Assembly: GCA_045106415.1 (NCBI GenBank)
Contig: JBGCEP010000073.1
Span: forward strand, 1 to 34,283
DNA: 34,283 bases
Source: Oligoflexales bacterium
GTDB taxonomy: Bacteria > Bdellovibrionota_B > Oligoflexia > Oligoflexales > Bog-1112
Reading direction: 5' to 3'
Positions within the stretch are counted from its first letter, which is position 1. Each line of letters starts with the position of its first letter. The notes under the pieces were generated by a model that was given only the letters and a program-made list of their open reading frames with translations, had not been told where the DNA came from and searched no databases. The translations under genes and the position numbers were made by a program. Below, one piece after another: positions 19,010 to 28,681 of the stretch.

Positions 19010-19894
19010 TCACTTCGATTGATCATAGAAACTATAAATATCATTCAACGTTTGCGTCATCGTATACTCCGGAGTCCACTCCAAAACCTTTTTTGCTCGA
19101 CTCACATCAGCAATCATGGCAAGAGAAGGGCAACAGCCTGACGGCTGTGCAGCAATATCTTTTTTCGAGACACGCACCAAACCTTCAAAGATTTCACCAA
19201 TCGTTTGCCCTCGCCCAGAACCTAAGTGAAAAACTTCTTCCTCTGGTTGTTTTTCAAGAATCATTCGGTAGGCTCGAACAATATCTCTCACGTCGCTAAA
19301 ATCACGCACAGCTTCTAATGGCCCAGTCTCTACCGTTGCTTTTAAAGGGGATTTAGCAATTTTGTCCGCAAATGCCGCACATGCAAAATCCACCGTTTGA
19401 CCTGCGCCTGTATGGTTGAATGGCCTGGCAATCCAGACTTTATGACCATAGTGTTTTAAGGATAAGAGAATTTGTTCACACGCCAATTTCATAGATGCAT
19501 AGGGGTTTTGAGGATTAGGAATATTACCCTCAGAATACGGTGACATATCTGAGGTGGGTTTGAAAACCATTCCTGTACTGGTAAAAAGAACAGAAATTTT
19601 TTTTTCCATCTCCGACAAAGCAAGAGCAAGTTGTGTTGTTGTTAAAATATTAGACTGCAAAGCAGCATAAGGATCTTTCGCAACCCTCGCAGGAGAAGAA
19701 AGACCAGCCATATGAATCAGAGCATCTGGCTGGACATCATTCAACAACTTTTCCACTTCACTTAAAACAGATAAATCACAAGAGTGCGCCTTAGAATTTC
19801 TTGCCGTTACGACCACTTCATGGTCATTCGACTGGAGTTCTTTCTGTAGCCAAGGAGCTACAAAACCCGCACCACCTGTTATTAAAATTTTCAT
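19010..19894 (-). CDS. NAD(P)-dependent nucleotide-sugar reductase/dehydratase, Rmd-like (GDP-4-keto-6-deoxy-mannose reductase type)
   Basis: MKILITGGAGFVA, YASMK catalytic YxxxK, RPFNHTGAGQ, RDFSDVRDIVRAY; GGAG RBS before ATG 19894. Confidence 0.85.
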   Translation of the reverse strand: MKILITGGAGFVAPWLQKELQSNDHEVVVTARNSKAHSCDLSVLSEVEKLLNDVQPDALIHMAGLSSPARVAKDPYAALQSNILTTTQLALALSEMEKKISVLFTSTGMVFKPTSDMSPYSEGNIPNPQNPYASMKLACEQILLSLKHYGHKVWIARPFNHTGAGQTVDFACAAFADKIAKSPLKATVETGPLEAVRDFSDVRDIVRAYRMILEKQPEEEVFHLGSGRGQTIGEIFEGLVRVSKKDIAAQPSGCCPSLAMIADVSRAKKVLEWTPEYTMTQTLNDIYSFYDQSK

Positions 19895-19943
19895 AAAGAC
19901 TCCAAATGGCATCGATATCTTGATGACACCGGCGTTGAACAAC

Positions 19944-19974
19944 AAAAAACATTTATAGATGAGCTCTATAAATG
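19944..19974 (-). terminator. Rho-independent terminator after the 20038-20601 gene
   Basis: Minus strand CATTTATAGA-GCTCA-TCTATAAATG followed by TTTTTTG. Confidence 0.65.
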
Positions 19975-20037
19975 AAAGATAGTTCCAGCATATCTTTTTT
20001 TAAAAACATACAAAAGCTTCTCGTCTATAAAAGAATT

Positions 20038-20601
20038 TTAATAAACAAGAGCGCTCATAATCATCGAAATAAGATGTAATGAGTATCCGTAGCACGCCTG
20101 ACCTTCAAGGCGAAAAGAGTAATGCTCTCCATTCAAATCCATAGAATATTCAGGATTGACAAAATGTCCATTTTGAAAACTTTCAGCATTCACAAACACA
20201 GATGTTTCAACACCATCAAAGCTCATTATATATTTGTCTTCTTCTTTTATGATTTTAATAAATTGAATATTATGAGCTTTTTCTATTCCATTCTCAGATG
20301 TTGTAAAAACTCCGCCAAATTTTTCCCCAGCTTCTGCTTGAAATACTGAAACAACTTCTTGATCATTCTCAAGTATTCTAAGCTCTGAAACAAACTGACC
20401 TTGAATTTTATGGCCCATAACAATTCTATTTTTAATAGAGCCTGCAAAACTGTGTTGAATCGTCTTTAAAGAAAGATTCTCTCCTGTAATATCACCCAAA
20501 GTCATAGGATGTGAAAACAAGACAACAGAAGGAAACCAAAGTAATAAAACTGCAATTTTTTTGAACATAATAAACCTCATCATGCGAAAAAGACAATACA
20601 A
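20038..20601 (-). CDS. Hypothetical secreted protein (probable start MFKKIAVLL)
   Basis: Signal-peptide-like segment and beta-rich body; own terminator. Confidence 0.7.
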   Translation of the reverse strand: MYCLFRMMRFIMFKKIAVLLLWFPSVVLFSHPMTLGDITGENLSLKTIQHSFAGSIKNRIVMGHKIQGQFVSELRILENDQEVVSVFQAEAGEKFGGVFTTSENGIEKAHNIQFIKIIKEEDKYIMSFDGVETSVFVNAESFQNGHFVNPEYSMDLNGEHYSFRLEGQACYGYSLHLISMIMSALVY

Positions 20602-20809
20602 TGCATCATACTACATTTCCATTTTCTATTATTTTTGACATAAAATTTTTTTTAACCACGTTTCAAAAAATAAAATCCGCATACAAAAGAACTTTTCAAA
20701 AACCCATCGTCTTCATACAGAAAGACTAAGATCATTTTACCTGTACACATCATTTTTCTTACAGAATATAATAGAGCATCTTACTGACGACTCAACATCA
20801 GGACAAAAC

Positions 20810-21103
20810 ATGAAAAACTTTATGCTTTTAACTATCGGTTTTGAAAAACCAACACCAGAAATCATGATGGCGTGGAAACAGTGGTTTGAATCTATAGCTG
20901 ACAAAATAGTCGGCAAACCAGCAGGCCTTATGAATGGGAGAGAAATAACAAAAAGTGGGACAAAGCAACTAGCCTGGGACCTTGAAGCAACAACAGGTTA
21001 CGTCATCATAAAAGCTGAAAACATTGATGAAGCTGAAAAAATCGCAGCCACAAATCCTTATATTACAAGCATCAGAGTATATGAAATCATGCATCACTCC
21101 TAA
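20810..21103 (+). CDS. YciI/DGPF-like small protein
   Basis: AWKQWFESI, TGYVIIKAENIDEAEKIA..NP...SIRVYEI pattern of YciI-related proteins; AGGA RBS. Confidence 0.8.
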   Translation: MKNFMLLTIGFEKPTPEIMMAWKQWFESIADKIVGKPAGLMNGREITKSGTKQLAWDLEATTGYVIIKAENIDEAEKIAATNPYITSIRVYEIMHHS

Positions 21104-21127
21104 GCTGCTCTTTTTTCCTTCCTAAGC

Positions 21128-21171
21128 AGAAAACTTATTGAGAGTATTTCAACACTCCCAGTAAGTTTTCT
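21128..21171. repeat. 44-bp imperfect palindrome downstream of the YciI-like gene
   Basis: AGAAAACTTATTGAGAGTATT-TC-AACACTCCCAGTAAGTTTTCT: 21-nt arms, 18 Watson-Crick pairs. Confidence 0.75.
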
Positions 21172-21554
21172 TCATCAACACCTCACTGACCATAAAGAAA
21201 AAGCCAAAAAAAACAACAAGATAGACCAGCCAGTTCTAACGCCTAAAAGATGACTTTACAAAGAGTGTGAGTTATTGGATATAAAGGTGTGCGACTCCTT
21301 ATTCAACGGGGTTCAGAGCAATTCTTACACCGACTTCACCTGTTCTCAAAACCTCTCGCACATTCATTTAACCCCTCTTCTCAGGATGGATCCGTACTAC
21401 CGTTTTTGATCAGAGAAACCAATAATATTAAGGCTTGTGATAAAAAAACCTATAGAAACGAGAATAATATAAAGCGCAGGACCACTTTATAACAGAGCTT
21501 CAAACTGTAAATATTCTTAAAAATCACAGGCTCAAAACTAGACATGGCGAGACA

Positions 21555-22508
21555 TTGAAAGACATTCAAACAGCATACCTTGCTCCACTTGGCCTTGAAA
21601 ATCAACTCGAGGCAGAGCTATCAGGCCCGATCACAAGAGTAGGCCGACTGTTTTTAAGCTCACAAAAAACTCAAAAAACCTATTGGGCAGCAAATATTTG
21701 GGAACATACAGAAATCATTCCTATCAAATCCATTGGTGATGCTGCAAAAGAGCTCAAAAAAAGAGCGCCTCTATGGCACCCTTATTACGATCTTCATATT
21801 CGAAGAGCAAAGCTCATTCAAAGTAAACTCCCTAAATTCTCAGGAAAACGACTCACATTCCTTCAAAAAATCCCAACATCCCCTATGAGTTCCTGGACTC
21901 TTTTGAATGAAAACCTCATGTTGGCAAGCGCATATTGTTCAAGTCTTCGGCCACATGGTGAATGGGAGTTTATTGAAAATAAAGAAGAGCCTCCTTCAAG
22001 AGCATATTTAAAGCTCTGGGAAGTTTTTACACGTTTTGAATTTGTTCCTAATAAAAATGATACATGTTTAGAAATAGGTGCAGCTCCAGGGGGATGGACC
22101 TGGGTTTTAGCTGACCTGTGCAAGAAAGTGATCGCGTATGATCGGGCAGATCTTGACCCAAAAATAGCAAACCTCCCTAATGTTCAATCAATCCGTGGTG
22201 ATGCTTTTGCAACCACACCTGAAAAACACCCTGATGTTGATTGGATTTTTTCTGATGTCATTTGCACGCCTGAAAGACTTTTTGGATGGTTACAACCATG
22301 GTTAAAGGATTCCAAATCGCGAAATTTTTGTACCACCATCAAACTCAAAGGTGACGATTATCACGAGTGGGTTGAAAAGTTTTCTGCCATCCCTAAAAGC
22401 CATATTGTCCACCTATATCATAACAAACATGAACTGACATGCTTCATTATCAATACACATCATCAAACACAATCCTGCAAAAAGAAAGAACTGACCCATG
22501 GAAATTAA
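21555..22508 (+). CDS. RlmM-like (FtsJ-fold) 23S rRNA 2'-O-methyltransferase
   Basis: PPSRAYLKLWE, LEIGAAPGGWT SAM motif, WIFSDV, TIKL, HLYHNKHELT (K-D-K-E tetrad); TTG start. Confidence 0.82.
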   Translation: MKDIQTAYLAPLGLENQLEAELSGPITRVGRLFLSSQKTQKTYWAANIWEHTEIIPIKSIGDAAKELKKRAPLWHPYYDLHIRRAKLIQSKLPKFSGKRLTFLQKIPTSPMSSWTLLNENLMLASAYCSSLRPHGEWEFIENKEEPPSRAYLKLWEVFTRFEFVPNKNDTCLEIGAAPGGWTWVLADLCKKVIAYDRADLDPKIANLPNVQSIRGDAFATTPEKHPDVDWIFSDVICTPERLFGWLQPWLKDSKSRNFCTTIKLKGDDYHEWVEKFSAIPKSHIVHLYHNKHELTCFIINTHHQTQSCKKKELTHGN

Positions 22509-24687
22509 CGTCAATTTTTTAGAAAAGCTAAGACTCGAAGCTAAGTTTGATGATTTTACAATAACAGCAGATCAACCCATCCGTTATAAGGGTGACGGCT
22601 CTGCGCCCAGTCCATTTGATTATTTCTTAGCATCATCTGCACTGTGTGCAGCATATTTCGTAAGGGTTTACTGCCTCGCCCGTGATATTCCTACTGATGA
22701 CATTAAGCTTTCACAAAACAATATTATTGACCCAGAAAATAGATATAATCAAATTTTTCAAATTCAAGTTGAACTTCCTGAATCTATTTCTGAACGTGAC
22801 CGCAAGGGTATTCTCCGATCAATTGATCGATGTACAGTAAAAAAAGTTGTACAGCAGACCCCAGAATTTAAAATTGAAGCAGTGGAAACCTTAGGGAAAG
22901 ACTCTGATCTTCTTTATAACACTGATGGCGCCCAAAATAAGACAAACACCATGATTCTAGGCAAAGACCTACCACTTGAGCAAACTATTGCCAATATGAG
23001 TGAGATTCTAAGCTCTCTCGGCATCAAAATAGAAATAGCTTCATGGAGAAATATTGTCCCTAATGTCTGGTCTGTTCATATTCGTGATGCAGCTTCACCG
23101 ATGTGCTTTACAAATGGTAAGGGAGCAACAAAAGATAGCGCTCTTTGCTCAGCTCTCGGTGAGTATATAGAAAGAATTTCTTGTAATTATTTCTATAACG
23201 ATCATTAACTAGGACAAGACATTTGCAACAAAGATTTTATTCATTATCCCAATGAAAAATGGTTTGAATCAGGAGAAGACGATTCCCTGCCCAAGGGCCT
23301 CATGGATAAGCATTGTTTAAGTATTTATGACCCAGATCATGAGCTTCAATCATATAACCTTATTGACACAAACTCTGGCCTCATCGACAAAGGGATTTGC
23401 GCTCTTCCTTTTGTGCGACAATCGGACCAAGAAATAGTTTATATACCTGTCAGCCTCATAGGTAATTTATTTGCTAGTAACGGTATGAGCGCAGGTAATA
23501 CAGTAGCAGAAGCACAAGTTCAGTGCCTTTCAGAAATTTTCGAAAGAGCAGTTAAAAAACAAATTATTGAAGAAGAAATTACACTTCCTGAAGTTCCAAG
23601 AAGTGTTTTAGAAGAGTACCCTAGCATACTCGCAGGTCTCACCGACCTTGAATCCAAAGGCTTTCCTGTCTTAGTAAAAGACGCATCTTTAGGTGGGGAA
23701 TTCCCAGTGATGTGTGTCACTTTAATGAACCCTAAGACGGGCGGTGTTTTTGCATCTTTTGGTTCTCACCCAAAATTTGAAGTTGCTTTAGAACGTAGCC
23801 TTACTGAGCTGCTCCAAGGAAGAAGCTTTGAAGGGTTGAACGATGTTCCTCTTCCAACATTCAACAGCCATGCTGTAAAAGAGCCTAATAATTTTGTAGA
23901 ACATTTCATTGATTCTACGGGTGTGATTTCTTGGAAATTCTTTAGTAATAAAAACGATTATGAATTCCAAAAATGGGATTTTTCAGGGACAACAGAAGAC
24001 GAAAGTCTTTACTTAATGAACATTCTCAAAAAAATGAATAAAGAAGTTTATGTTGCTGTTTATGAGAATTTTGGGGCAAAATCCTGCCGAATACTTGTTC
24101 CTGGGTACTCAGAAATTTACCCGCCTGAAGATCTTATTTGGGACAATACGAATAAAGCTCTCGCTTTTCGAGAGGATATTCTCAACCTTCATACATTAAG
24201 CGATGAAAATCTTGCAGATTTAATTGAACGGCTTGAAGAATTTGAAATTGACAATTCTGCCAGTGTTCCAGAATTGATCGGTATTGAATTTGATGAAAAT
24301 ACTGTTTGGGGACAACTTGAAGTTGGTGAGCTTAAAATACTCATTTACTTAGTCTTAAAAAATTACGAAGAAGCAAAAGATCTTACCTCAAACTTCCTAC
24401 TGGTTAACGACAATACAGTCACAAGAAAATTATTTTACCAAGCTCTCGACGCCACTCTCCACATCACTTTAAGCCATGACCTCAACCTAAAAGACTACAC
24501 TTCAAATCTATCTAGAATGTTTGGCTCTGAAACGATGAGAAATATTCTTGGGTCAATCAATGGTGAGGTACGCTTCTATGGTTTAACTCAAACCAATATG
24601 CAGCTTGAAGGCTTAGACAAACACCTCAAACTCATTGAAAGTTATCAAAAACTTCACCATGCTCGGCAGGTTGAAGAAGACGTCTGA
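22498..24687 (+). pseudogene. OsmC-domain/YcaO-domain fusion (~729 codons) interrupted by one in-frame TAA at 23206-23208
   Basis: The two listed ORFs share a frame. The 31 intervening codons read LGQDICNKDFIHYPNEKWFESGEDDSLPKGL, typical YcaO sequence. OsmC-like N-terminus (DQP..GDGSAPSPFDYFLASSALC); YcaO motifs TNGKG, SALGEYIER, SNGMSAGN, LSEIFER. Confidence 0.85.
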
Positions 24688-24695
24688 CCCTCGGT

Positions 24696-25886
24696 TCAGA
24701 TGTCTTCTTCAATAATTCTAAAATACCCACGCCGCATCCAGTTGATTAATATCTCTTTTCTTTCAGATGATTCCTCTAAAAAAGGAAACAATGCTTCTAT
24801 TGATATTTTCGCATGAGTAAAAAGAGTATCAATGAAGGGCGTATCTTCCATCTTGAGTTGAAAACCATGACCATGAATGTAAGCGTGTACTTGATCCTCC
24901 GCACAATAGTACGCGCACTTGACTTCTTCGGCCCTTTCTAACACCCCTTTGTTATCTTCTAAAAATAACTGAGCTTCTTCTAAAGTTACTTCCATATAGT
25001 CATGAAGTTCTTCATCTGTTGGAGCGTTCGGGTTTGAGGTCATCACTCTCCCCAGCCAGAAATGCGATTCATTTTCTTCTTGAATAGCTTGAATCAGTTG
25101 CTTTTTTACACGATCAATCAAAGCTTGACCAATTCTAGGTGATTGCTCAGTCGCATTTAAATCAGGATCAATATAGCGATCTTTTTCAGTGTGTTTCACA
25201 AGGCTGTGCTCTGCAGCTCCTAAAAGCATCTCACTCACAGAAGGACTACGAAACCCAAAAGAGTAAGTCATTCCTCGACCAACACTCACTCCATGGTGAG
25301 CCCAACGAGGCGGAAGATATAAAATATCTCCAGTTTCTAAAGTCCACTCATACTTAGGTCTAAATACTTTTAAAACCCTAACTGGGCAATTTTCTAAAAG
25401 GTCTTCTTCTGCAAGAACTGGGCTTTCTTCAACCTGCCAATGCCGTTTGCCCATTCCCTGCAAAAGAAAAACATCATAATTATCAATATGAGGACCAACA
25501 CTTCCTTGATCTTCAGCAAAACTCACCATGACATCATCAAAACGCCATGCAGGGATGAAAGAAAAAAGCGATCTCATATCTGCTATTTCTGGGACCAATG
25601 AGTCAACTCTTTGAACAAGAAGCGTACTACTTTTCTTAGGGAAATTCTCAAAGAACAATTCGTTAAATGGTCCATCTTTTAATGCCCAATCGTTTTTTTC
25701 AGCATCTCCTGTTATCACCCTTGAGTCTACACCTTCTTCACAAGCTAGACCTGCAAGTTCATCAGGAGATAAAACTGTTTCAAAACCATTTAATGCTTGA
25801 CGAATCAAGCAAGGTTTTTTCTGCCAATATGTTGCTAAGAACTCTTCTGTATCAAACGATTGCAATATAGGTAATTCAGACATCAA
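24696..25886 (-). CDS. roxA: JmjC/cupin ribosomal oxygenase (L16 Arg hydroxylase, RoxA/YcfD)
   Basis: FLATYWQKKPCLIR, ELAGLACEEGVDSR, WRFDDVMVS, VGPHIDNYDVFLLQG.GKRHW, GDILYLPPRWAHHG, YSFGFRSP. Confidence 0.9.
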   Translation of the reverse strand: MMSELPILQSFDTEEFLATYWQKKPCLIRQALNGFETVLSPDELAGLACEEGVDSRVITGDAEKNDWALKDGPFNELFFENFPKKSSTLLVQRVDSLVPEIADMRSLFSFIPAWRFDDVMVSFAEDQGSVGPHIDNYDVFLLQGMGKRHWQVEESPVLAEEDLLENCPVRVLKVFRPKYEWTLETGDILYLPPRWAHHGVSVGRGMTYSFGFRSPSVSEMLLGAAEHSLVKHTEKDRYIDPDLNATEQSPRIGQALIDRVKKQLIQAIQEENESHFWLGRVMTSNPNAPTDEELHDYMEVTLEEAQLFLEDNKGVLERAEEVKCAYYCAEDQVHAYIHGHGFQLKMEDTPFIDTLFTHAKISIEALFPFLEESSERKEILINWMRRGYFRIIEEDI

Positions 25887-26497
25887 TTCTTTCTCCGTAT
25901 TTTTTTCTTATTTTGGTGAGCTTTATACTGATGGTGATCAACAATATAGTAGGCAGGGTCTGTAATCCATGTTTGCAGGATATATCGAGGCTCTTTTGCA
26001 GCTAACACTTCATGAGGGTGAGTGTGCATTGGTGGAAAAAGAACAACACTTCCAGCCTCTGGCTGGAGCTGAACATCTTGAAAAGGAAAAACTGTCTCCC
26101 CACCTTGCTCAAGGGTATTCAGGTATAAAAGAAAAGTTGCAAGTCTCAATTGATTTTGAGGGGGCGCAGAACATTGGCCATCTACATGTAAAATGCATGC
26201 TTCACCAGGAAGGTAACGAGCAATTAAAAATCCATCGTGGCTCCATTGAGTCTGGGTAATACTGCGATACTTTTTAGGTAAAGAGAAGTATCTTGCTGCA
26301 TTTTGATTTACAATAGAATTTAGTTTTTGACATTCTTTACGCCACTCTGGAAGATCCGAAATTAACAAAAAGCTCCGTGCACTATAATCTGGCTGTGGAT
26401 CATCTTGGACTCGGTTGTCATCTTCAAACCGCTCAATCAAATGTTTACAAAAACTAGCGGACACTTGCTTCGGCCATCGCTTAATATAACTTGCCAT
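25883..26497 (-). CDS. 2OG-Fe(II) oxygenase (prolyl-4-hydroxylase-like)
   Basis: HVDG (HxD), FLLYLN..EQGGETVF, LFPP..THPHEV (distal His), RYILQTW; ATGA overlap with roxA. Confidence 0.88.
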   Translation of the reverse strand: MASYIKRWPKQVSASFCKHLIERFEDDNRVQDDPQPDYSARSFLLISDLPEWRKECQKLNSIVNQNAARYFSLPKKYRSITQTQWSHDGFLIARYLPGEACILHVDGQCSAPPQNQLRLATFLLYLNTLEQGGETVFPFQDVQLQPEAGSVVLFPPMHTHPHEVLAAKEPRYILQTWITDPAYYIVDHHQYKAHQNKKKIRRKN

Positions 26498-26734
26498 GTT
26501 CCTTGATCTTTATCTTTAAAGAAAAAGTAGAGATCTACCACTTTTCAATAGAACAGTGCAAGAACATTGATCCTTTATCGCAATAAAGCTTTATAATTGA
26601 ATACTTACAAAAAACATAGCTCTCCTAACTCTTATTCTTCAGCCAAATAAAACTTCCTATACCTAAGTCATTTCACCCATTTGTTAAACTATGATTTATT
26701 ATCCTCGACCATTTTTCTTAGTGAAGGAATTTAA

Positions 26735-27120
26735 ATAATCACTATATTTCTTTTATACACTCAAAAAATTTCTCACACCTCCAAATTACTATGCTCAATC
26801 TTTGAATAACGCTCAAATCATAGTGAAAAATATTTTGATGAACTCGTTAATAAAAATAATTTGGCTTCATCATTTCGGCGCAGAAAATCATGTTAGATTT
26901 TCAAACCTAGATCCTAATAATCTAGGCCAGGGTATTGTGATTTATATTCTCATTGAGAACATTGAAACAATTTATAAAAAAACCTAAAAAGCACAAGCAA
27001 TTCATCATTGAAGATCTTACTTTCAATTCAAATGCTAGATTTAGATAATTTACATTCAGAGACAATAACAGCTACCATTGGAGCACAGCAGAAAAACTTG
27101 ATAGTCAAGATATTTTATAA
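26735..27120 (+). pseudogene. Decayed VOC/glyoxalase-family gene
   Basis: Joining three segments across two frameshifts gives IITIFLLYTQKISHTSKLLCSIFE*RSNHSEKYFDELV / IWLHHFGAENH..LGQGIVIYILIENIETIYKKT*KAQA / IIEDLTFNSNARFR*FTFRDNNSYHWSTAE; GAAGGA RBS before an ATA. Confidence 0.65.
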
Positions 27121-27163
27121 CACTTATCAAAGCTATTAATTATATAGTCGATTAAAATCAAAG

Positions 27164-28045
27164 TCATTTCTCAGCTCGAAAACGGTCTTTAATCTTAACA
27201 GGTATAAACTCTGCTGCCATACGGTCTTGATGATAAACTTGATCTGTTAAAAATATTTTCATCTCTTCTAATTCATTTTCAGCGACTGATTTTGTCCAAA
27301 ACTTTCGTGCTGAATTCCAAGAAAAACCTTTGGATTTCAACAAATCTTTAGATTTAAAGGGAGCGTGAATACAATTAATTTGCACGTGCTGAATTTTAGC
27401 ATTTGCTAAGATTGCCTTCAAATAATCTCCTTCTATAATTAAATTTGCGAGAGCATCGATATCTATCAACCCTCTATGACCCGAATAATAAAAGCCATGA
27501 AATACGCTCAAAATCTCTTGTTTAGCAGAAAGAAAACCTAGATTTTCCCAGTCAACTTGTTTCAAAGAACATGTCCAAATTTTAGATTCAGAAAGCTTCG
27601 TTATCTCCGCGACAGATTCAACCATGGGTCGGTCAAATCCTGCATTATGAGCCAGAATAAAATCAGCATCATTGAATAAATTCGATACAATATCCCAATC
27701 AATTCTTTGATCTTTCAAGTCTTCTTGTGTAATGCCTGTAATCTTTGTAATTTTTTCAGACAGAATATTTTCAATAGGTTCTTGCAACGCAGAGTACTCT
27801 TCCAATGGCTTTATAAGACAGTGTTCTTTTTTATGATAAATCCACTTTCTGACAGCGATCTCTATAATTTCATCTTTGCGATAATCAAGACCAGTTGTTT
27901 CTGTATCTAAAAGAACACAAAAACCTAAATCTTCTCTCATTTCAATTTTTTGATCAAACAAGTATTGAGGCAATGCTTTAAACTCTTTAACAACAACGCT
28001 TTGATCATCATTATAAATTTTATCGACAAAGATATTTTTTTTCAT
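27164..28045 (-). CDS. DEDDh 3'-5' exonuclease (DnaQ/epsilon-like) with C-terminal DUF5710-like segment
   Basis: ExoI LDTETTG, ExoII AHNAGFD, ExoIII HRGLID; C-terminal KDLLKSKGFSWNSARKFW. Confidence 0.88.
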   Translation of the reverse strand: MKKNIFVDKIYNDDQSVVVKEFKALPQYLFDQKIEMREDLGFCVLLDTETTGLDYRKDEIIEIAVRKWIYHKKEHCLIKPLEEYSALQEPIENILSEKITKITGITQEDLKDQRIDWDIVSNLFNDADFILAHNAGFDRPMVESVAEITKLSESKIWTCSLKQVDWENLGFLSAKQEILSVFHGFYYSGHRGLIDIDALANLIIEGDYLKAILANAKIQHVQINCIHAPFKSKDLLKSKGFSWNSARKFWTKSVAENELEEMKIFLTDQVYHQDRMAAEFIPVKIKDRFRAEK

Positions 28046-28069
28046 GATTCTTTGACCTTTGTATCAAAA

Positions 28070-28096
28070 TAAATACTTCTATCAAAAAGTCGATAG
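28070..28096 (+). promoter_or_regulatory. Sigma-28-like promoter facing the AT-rich 28100-28450 region
   Basis: TAAA-N15-GTCGATAG. Confidence 0.4.
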
Positions 28097-28681
28097 AATC
28101 ATTTCATATCATAAAAATTAATTTTTTGTCATACAGGTCTCACAAAAAAAATGACTTATGGTCACAATATTTATTGTAACATTTTAAAAAAATCATTATC
28201 CAATTTAAATAAAAAACGATTTATTGCTATAAATAATGCAATAGAAAATTTACTTCTTAGGAATTTTAAATAGTTTTTTCAAAATCCGTGACTTTCTGAC
28301 TTCATCTTATTTAGCTAATAAGTGCATACTTTTAATGTTTTTTTATAGTGAGACCATATAAGAGGAGAGATTTCCGCCAATTTTCTCATAAATTTTTTGC
28401 TTAAAATGAATAGAGTCAGAATACTTTTTATCTAAATCACAAAATCTGACCTAAGAAGATATCAATTCTTTTTTTCCATGAATAGAGTGATTTCCAATAT
28501 ATTTGTGAAATCCCATCCTTTGAAAGACTTCTCCTTTTGTATAAGATCTAGTTACAGCTATTGAATAAATATTTTCTTCTTCTAGAGATTTGCAAACTGA
28601 ACATGACCCCCATTTGGCATAGACACCTCGAATAACGAGGAGAGACAAAATAGGGGCCAAGCGCTATAAAGCACTGCAAAT

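Noticed and set aside
21149..21367. Minus-strand frame MNVREVLRTGEVGVRIALNPVE*...WLVYLVVFFGFFFMVSEVL after a GAGGGG RBS-like site
   Set aside because: Three internal stops and no recognisable family; may be a remnant but cannot be supported without a search.
21289..26497. YcaO + oxygenases + methyltransferase as a RiPP cluster with 21289-21492 as precursor
   Set aside because: The YcaO is the stand-alone OsmC-fused type; there is no E1-like/TfuA partner, RRE, protease or exporter, and the small ORF lacks precursor-like features.
15131..26553. Shared TTTTCAATAGAA 12-mer at 15131 and 26542
   Set aside because: AT-rich, only two copies, different orientation relative to the nearest genes; compatible with chance.
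28451..28660. 69-aa ORF with GNAT-like VFQRMGF
   Set aside because: Only one weak motif, TTG start, no acetyl-CoA-binding motif.
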